Source: Anaerohalosphaeraceae bacterium
Lineage (GTDB): Bacteria > Planctomycetota > Phycisphaerae > Sedimentisphaerales > Anaerohalosphaeraceae
Length of the DNA stretch: 11,526 nt
Direction: 5' to 3'
NCBI GenBank assembly: GCA_050309605.1
Contig: JBNRMN010000046.1
Location: 1-11,526 of the forward strand
Below the pieces are notes generated by a model. That model worked only from the letters and a program-made list of their open reading frames with translations, was not told the origin of the DNA and ran no database searches. This document shows, piece by piece, positions 7,849-11,526 of the stretch. A program made the position numbers and the translations under genes. Every line of letters starts with the position of its first letter. Position 1 is the stretch's first letter.

Positions 7849-8470
7849 AATATTTCATATAGGTTCTATAGGTTTGTTGGTAGCGGTTTCAGGTGGACTA
7901 TTTATGTTTGTCACTGGCCAGATATTATCTTATCGCGAAGGCTATAGCTTGAGCGGCAATATTATGGCTGCTCAAATAATAATTTTTTACTCTTATATTT
8001 TAATATGTGCATTATTTTCGCTATTGATGTTGATTAAATCCATTTGGGATATAATCAAATGGCGAAAGAAATGGTTTTGGGACATTTTAATTTGCTTATG
8101 CATTTTGCTTGTTTGCTTCTTGGCAATAGAGATGCAAAGCATTGGGACACCCTATGAAAAGGGTTTTCGTAAAAGGATTACACAAGAAATTGATCCAGCC
8201 TCTCTACGTTTGTTTTTGAAGTCAAGTCAAACACTTGCAGGAAGTATATTAACTGAGGAACAATATCCTGATAACATTCACGAGTTAAAACCTAATAAAT
8301 ATGTCAAAATCGATCAAGATCGAAATGGTTACTTTTTGAGATTAGTTTGGGGAAGCCCTTTTGGATATTTTGGAATTGCTCTCGGGCAAGAAGACTGGAT
8401 ACCTTCTGGTAATTCTTTTGAAGAATTTAGCGAAATGGATAAAGGATTGTATTTCTGGAGAGAGAATTAA
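7832..8470 (+). CDS. Putative immunity protein (3 N-terminal TM segments + soluble domain)
   Basis: ATG at 7832 with AAGGA 6 nt upstream; overlaps the toxin end by 17 nt; 212 aa. Confidence 0.78.
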   Translation: MGVKNRIFHIGSIGLLVAVSGGLFMFVTGQILSYREGYSLSGNIMAAQIIIFYSYILICALFSLLMLIKSIWDIIKWRKKWFWDILICLCILLVCFLAIEMQSIGTPYEKGFRKRITQEIDPASLRLFLKSSQTLAGSILTEEQYPDNIHELKPNKYVKIDQDRNGYFLRLVWGSPFGYFGIALGQEDWIPSGNSFEEFSEMDKGLYFWREN

Positions 8471-8632
8471 ATTGGACTTATGTTTTGTCATACTGTATTG
8501 GTTCAGCGACGGGTGGCCTATGCAAGATTGATAAATAATCAATCGCAATGGGTGTTAAGGTTGCGGATTGACAGTACGAATTGTAAGGGTATAATCGGGA
8601 ACATAAAACGCTCTTTGGCAACTTGGATGTTG

Positions 8633-8695
8633 GTAGTCCACGCTTCAGTGATTTTTTAGAAGGTTCCTGTTTCAACAAGCTGAAGCTTGAACTAC
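8633..8695. repeat. Inverted pair of GTAG-type REP sequences (REPIN-like)
   Basis: + strand GTAGTCCACGCTTCAG (8633) and - strand GTAGTTCAAGCTTCAGCTTG (8695-8676); 14/16 identical. The latter contains the CAAGC/GCTTG palindrome. Confidence 0.7.
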
Positions 8696-8702
8696 GAGCG
8701 GT

Positions 8703-8724
8703 GATGGGCTAAAGCCCATCCTAC
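8703..8724 (-). repeat. GTAG-type REP of a second family
   Basis: - strand GTAG-GATGGGC-TTTA-GCCCATC: GTAG tetranucleotide followed by a perfect 7-bp hairpin. Confidence 0.8.
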
Positions 8725-8734
8725 GCTTGGCGGG

Positions 8735-9071
8735 TACTACGCGATGCGTTGGGGTCGATTCGGGTGCTGTCGGATGCGGACGGCGTGGAGACGGTCTATG
8801 TCTATGACGGGGCGCAGATGATTGCCGAATACGTCCTTGTCAGCAGTGAATTGTCCTTGCGCAAACGCTTTGTTTACGGCCCCGGGATTGATGAGCCGAT
8901 TGCGATGATTTTGGTTGACGCCGGTCAGGAATTCTGGTATTTTTACCACACAGACGGCCTCGGCTCGGTCGTGGCTCTTTCACAATGGAATACCTCGCAG
9001 GTCCAGATCGTCGAGCGGTATGTGTATGACGCCTTCGGGAAATGTCAAATTCTGACCTCTGACTTCTACCC
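8735..9071 (+). pseudogene. Truncated Rhs core fragment (module 6, type B) with no toxin tip
   Basis: YY/DALGSIRVLSDADG, YVYDGAQMIAEY, FVYGPGIDEP, YHTDGLGSVVALS, YVYDAFG. Cut off at 9072 by the integrase-element end, before YGNP/FTGR. Confidence 0.88.
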
Positions 9072-10325
9072 TGTCCTACGCAAAAATCCATCTGACGGCT
9101 GAATTGGGTGATTTGGCTCGACGAGAAAACAGGAATTTGATCTTTGGCAACTAAAGATGGATGGATTCGGGGCAGATTCCGAAGGCTCGAAGTCTGGATT
9201 TAAGGCGTTTTTTCGGTATCGGTGCAGACGGCGGGTGTGGTGACAGTGGGGCGTCCACGATTTACGCGACGCGGGTGTAGATGTGATGCAGGCCGCCAAG
9301 GATGGGCTTGCTCACAATTTCACCTTCGGCTTGCACCGGACGGGAAACAGGCGAATCCTTATTGAGCGACAAGTGCGGGCGGGCGACGTTGTAATAGGTG
9401 TCGATGTAGTCGGTCAGCACGGAACGCAGATGTTCTTCGTTCAAGATGATGACATGATTCAGGCACTCCCTGCGTAACGTCCCGATGACCCGTTCGGCAA
9501 AGGGGTTTTGCCATGGCGAATGCGGTGCGGTGGGTGTGTCTTTGAGGCCGAAACGTGTGATGGTTTGCTTGAATTCCTCGCTGAAGATGCCGTCGTTGTC
9601 ACGAATCACATACTTTGTCGTCGTGTCAAAGTCAAAGGTCTGGCGAAGCTGCTGGATGGCCCACTCGGAATGCGGCCTGTCGGTGACGCCCCAATGCAGG
9701 ATTTTTCGCCGGTCGTGTGAGATGGCCACATAAACATAGAGGGCCTTAAAGAACATCGTCCGAACGACAAGGAAGTCAATTCCGACGGTATGTTTGGCGT
9801 GATTTTTCAGGAAGGTCCGCCACCGCTGGCGTTTGTCGGCATCGGGTTTGGGCTTACCCATGTATTTGAGAACGGTATTGTCGCTGACAGTCATTCCAAG
9901 TTTTGCCAGTTCCCCCTGAATCCGTTGGGCCGACCATGTTGGGTTCTCGTTGTGCATGCGTCGGATGAGCTTTATGAGCGGCCAATCGATGCATGGACGT
10001 CCGGCAAGCCGGGACTTCCATTTCCAATAGAGCCTGAATCCCTGGCGGTGCCAGCCGATGACCGTATCCGGCCGGACGATCACTAAAGCTTTCTTCCAGC
10101 CGGAAAAGACCCGCGATAACCAGACCATCAGGATGCGATCTCGCGGCATCAATTTGGGGCGTCTTGCCGACCGCAGGCAGATGACCAACTGTTGACGCAA
10201 TAGGGCATTTTCCAACAGCAGGTTCTTGCGTGTTTGGAACAGGCTCCACAAGAGCTTTACAAGGCCGATCAGCATAATCCCTCTGTGGTTTTGGAGTATC
10301 AAAAAAAGTGATTATATCGTGAGGT
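9072..10325 (-). mobile_element. IS481-like (rve DDE) insertion element; end at 9072 well defined, upstream end uncertain
   Basis: The - strand ends ...GATGGATTTTTGCGTAGGACA at 9072, exactly where Rhs homology stops and where the 5310 repeat starts. No convincing inverted partner end or TSD was seen; the upstream boundary is a guess. Confidence 0.65.
9262..10275 (-). CDS. Integrase core (rve) domain DDE transposase, IS481/IS3-related, single ORF
   Basis: HTH (NPTWSAQRIQGELAKLG), catalytic D (VGIDFLVV), D (IRDNDGIF), E (QNPFAERVIGTLRRECL), YN..RPHLSL, C-terminal GGLHHIY. ATG at 10275 is preceded by AGAGGG; no disruptions. Confidence 0.93.
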   Translation of the reverse strand: MLIGLVKLLWSLFQTRKNLLLENALLRQQLVICLRSARRPKLMPRDRILMVWLSRVFSGWKKALVIVRPDTVIGWHRQGFRLYWKWKSRLAGRPCIDWPLIKLIRRMHNENPTWSAQRIQGELAKLGMTVSDNTVLKYMGKPKPDADKRQRWRTFLKNHAKHTVGIDFLVVRTMFFKALYVYVAISHDRRKILHWGVTDRPHSEWAIQQLRQTFDFDTTTKYVIRDNDGIFSEEFKQTITRFGLKDTPTAPHSPWQNPFAERVIGTLRRECLNHVIILNEEHLRSVLTDYIDTYYNVARPHLSLNKDSPVSRPVQAEGEIVSKPILGGLHHIYTRVA

Positions 10326-10339
10326 TGTGCTGTCGAAAA
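10311..10339 (-). promoter_or_regulatory. Candidate sigma70 promoter for the integrase
   Basis: Perfect TATAAT (10316-10311) with only a weak -35 (TTTTCG) 17 nt upstream; the -35 lies in an end-like motif. Confidence 0.4.
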
Positions 10340-10354
10340 GGAGCGGTCAATGAA

Positions 10355-10759
10355 TTATTGAAGCTTGGTGAGGAATTGACGCGGGGTGATGATGTCCGTA
10401 TCCAAAAAGGTGCCGAGTTTGAGCAGGTGTTTGTCGCCGCTGACCAGATAATGACTTTTAGAGAGCATCGCACAGGCCAGGAATTTGTCGTCGTCGGGAT
10501 CTTCACAGATCGGCTGTTCAAACGTATAATCGGCGACCATCTCCGCTTCGATGACGATCCGCTCCAAAATGGGAGCCAAGTCAATGTCGCCCAGCTTTTC
10601 AGAAAGCGTCTCAATAACCCGTTTGTATTCGTGGAGAATGACTTCCGAGACTGCCATAACGAATTGGCCGTCATCCCACGCTTTGAGAATCCGGTATGGC
10701 GGTCCGCTGAAAAACAGGCCGGACACAAAGACATTGGTATCGATGACGGCCTTGAGCAT
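10355..10759 (-). CDS. PIN-domain toxin (VapC-like) of type II TA system
   Basis: MLKAVIDTNVFVSG...ILHEY...CEDPDDDKFLACA...LVSGDKHLL, with conserved acidic PIN residues. TAATG overlap with the antitoxin. Confidence 0.93.
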   Translation of the reverse strand: MLKAVIDTNVFVSGLFFSGPPYRILKAWDDGQFVMAVSEVILHEYKRVIETLSEKLGDIDLAPILERIVIEAEMVADYTFEQPICEDPDDDKFLACAMLSKSHYLVSGDKHLLKLGTFLDTDIITPRQFLTKLQ

Positions 10760-11025
10760 TACTTTCTGCCCCGCACTTCCGCAATGGCATTCGTGACATC
10801 GCCGGGTTCCAGCCCCGTTGCCTTGGCGGTCTTGCGAGCCTTGGCCAGAAGTCCAGCAAACTCTTTTTTGGAGGGGGAGGAAATGGTTTTCAGGATCACC
10901 GCATCTTTTTCGCCCAGAACCAAAAACTGGCAGCCGCTTTCCAGTCCCAGGGTTTTACGTATGGATTCGGGGATAACGACCTGCCCCTTTGAAGACATTT
11001 TAGTTGTGGATAGATTGGCTATCAT
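10759..11025 (-). CDS. AbrB/MazE/SpoVT-family antitoxin
   Basis: TTKMSSKGQVVIPESIRKTLGL signature. ATG at 11025 with GAGGA 7 nt upstream gives 88 aa; the 143-aa ORF call is over-extended. Confidence 0.92.
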   Translation of the reverse strand: MIANLSTTKMSSKGQVVIPESIRKTLGLESGCQFLVLGEKDAVILKTISSPSKKEFAGLLAKARKTAKATGLEPGDVTNAIAEVRGRK

Positions 11026-11049
11026 TTTTATATCCTCATAAAACAACAA

Positions 11050-11100
11050 AATCTTATTTCTTACTTTTAAGATTATACGATCAGCCCCGCTGCTTAGCAA
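11050..11100 (-). promoter_or_regulatory. Sigma70 promoter and likely autorepression operator of the TA operon
   Basis: TTGCTA (11100-11095)-N17-TATAAT (11077-11072). Inverted repeat AATCTTA (11050-11056)/TAAGATT (11068-11074) overlaps the -10. Confidence 0.75.
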
Positions 11101-11254
11101 GTGAAAAGTCGCATTTTCAAAAAATCCGGATAGGAAAGCCCCAGAAGCAGTGCTGCTTTCGGTCCATTTGGCCAACAAACATGTCGGCATTATCCGAACA
11201 ATAAACCGCTACAAGTACTCTACTGCTTTCACTCCCCCAAAACCGGTGCGCTTC

Positions 11255-11300
11255 ACGCAATGAATGCTATGGGGTGCAATGGGACGCAATAAATGCAATG
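11255..11300 (+). repeat. Five helically phased 8-mers (RYGCWATR)
   Basis: ACGCAATG 11255, ATGCTATG 11264, GTGCAATG 11274, ACGCAATA 11284, ATGCAATG 11293. Confidence 0.65.
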
Positions 11301-11403
11301 AAAATCGGATTTCTCTTGGCTTATCGCGCGGAATATAGACCCTTGTGGCCAAAGAGGTTACGGCAAATCGCGACAGTTCGCGATGGACCGAGCGGGCATC
11401 GGA

Positions 11404-11444
11404 TCACACCCGTGAGGTCACAGGTTCGAATCCTGTATCGCCCA
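11404..11444 (+). other. 3' fragment of tRNA-Val(CAC), probable att site of an integrated island
   Basis: TCACAC-CCGTG-AGGTC-ACAGG-TTCGAAT-CCTGT-ATCGCCC-A: anticodon loop, 3' stem, variable loop, perfect T arm and 3' acceptor strand. No complementary GGGCGAT or D arm upstream. Confidence 0.82.
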
Positions 11445-11526
11445 GTGATGTAAGTTACGCTGAAATCGGAAGTTGCGATTACCTGCCAATGTGTAGAGCG
11501 GCCGTAACCTTGCTTTAAAAACCGGT

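Noticed and set aside
8481..8623. End-motif remnant at junction 5/6 (CGACGGGTGG, TAATCAATCG, TCTTTGGCAACT shared with 6837, 6776, 5379)
   Set aside because: Isolated 10-12-mers, not colinear, and expected by chance in a window this size.
3474..9115. CRISPR array or DGR template/variable repeat
   Set aside because: Repeats are 1.5-2.3 kb apart, mismatches between copies are not adenine-specific, and there is no cas or RT gene in the window.
9066..10354. Target-site duplication and inverted left end of the DDE element
   Set aside because: No convincing direct repeat of the 9066-9071 flank. The best inverted candidate (TGATACTCCAAAA on the - strand near 10301) is too weak.
10226..11041. 271-aa + strand ORF and other ORFs over 9283-10859
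   Set aside because: Antisense or alternative-frame shadows of the integrase, PIN and AbrB genes, which have clear motifs.
11372..11444. Complete tRNA gene
   Set aside because: No 5' acceptor strand or D arm, and the anticodon stem pairs only partly; treated as an att fragment.

Overview
Accessory region near the right boundary of a probable tRNA-Val-integrated island. About 9 kb is a + strand array of orphan Rhs modules. Each module is a truncated GC-rich Rhs core fragment, a unique AT-rich C-terminal toxin tip and a putative immunity gene. There are five modules with tips and a sixth truncated core, drawn from two distinct Rhs core lineages. The array is followed on the - strand by an intact single-ORF DDE (rve, IS481-like) integrase/transposase and an AbrB/MazE-type antitoxin + PIN toxin pair. 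Phased repeats and a 3' tRNA-Val(CAC) fragment (att site) end the window. The most striking feature is that the terminus downstream of the integrase (TGTCCTACGCAAAAATCCATCTGACG..., starting at 9072) recurs in the same orientation at junctions between toxin/immunity modules: clearly at 3474, 5310 and 6813, weakly at 1796/3540, and weakly at 10326 on the other side of the integrase. This suggests either an integron-like cassette array built by a DDE integrase or serial IS-end scars. All family assignments come from motif recognition by eye; no searches were run.
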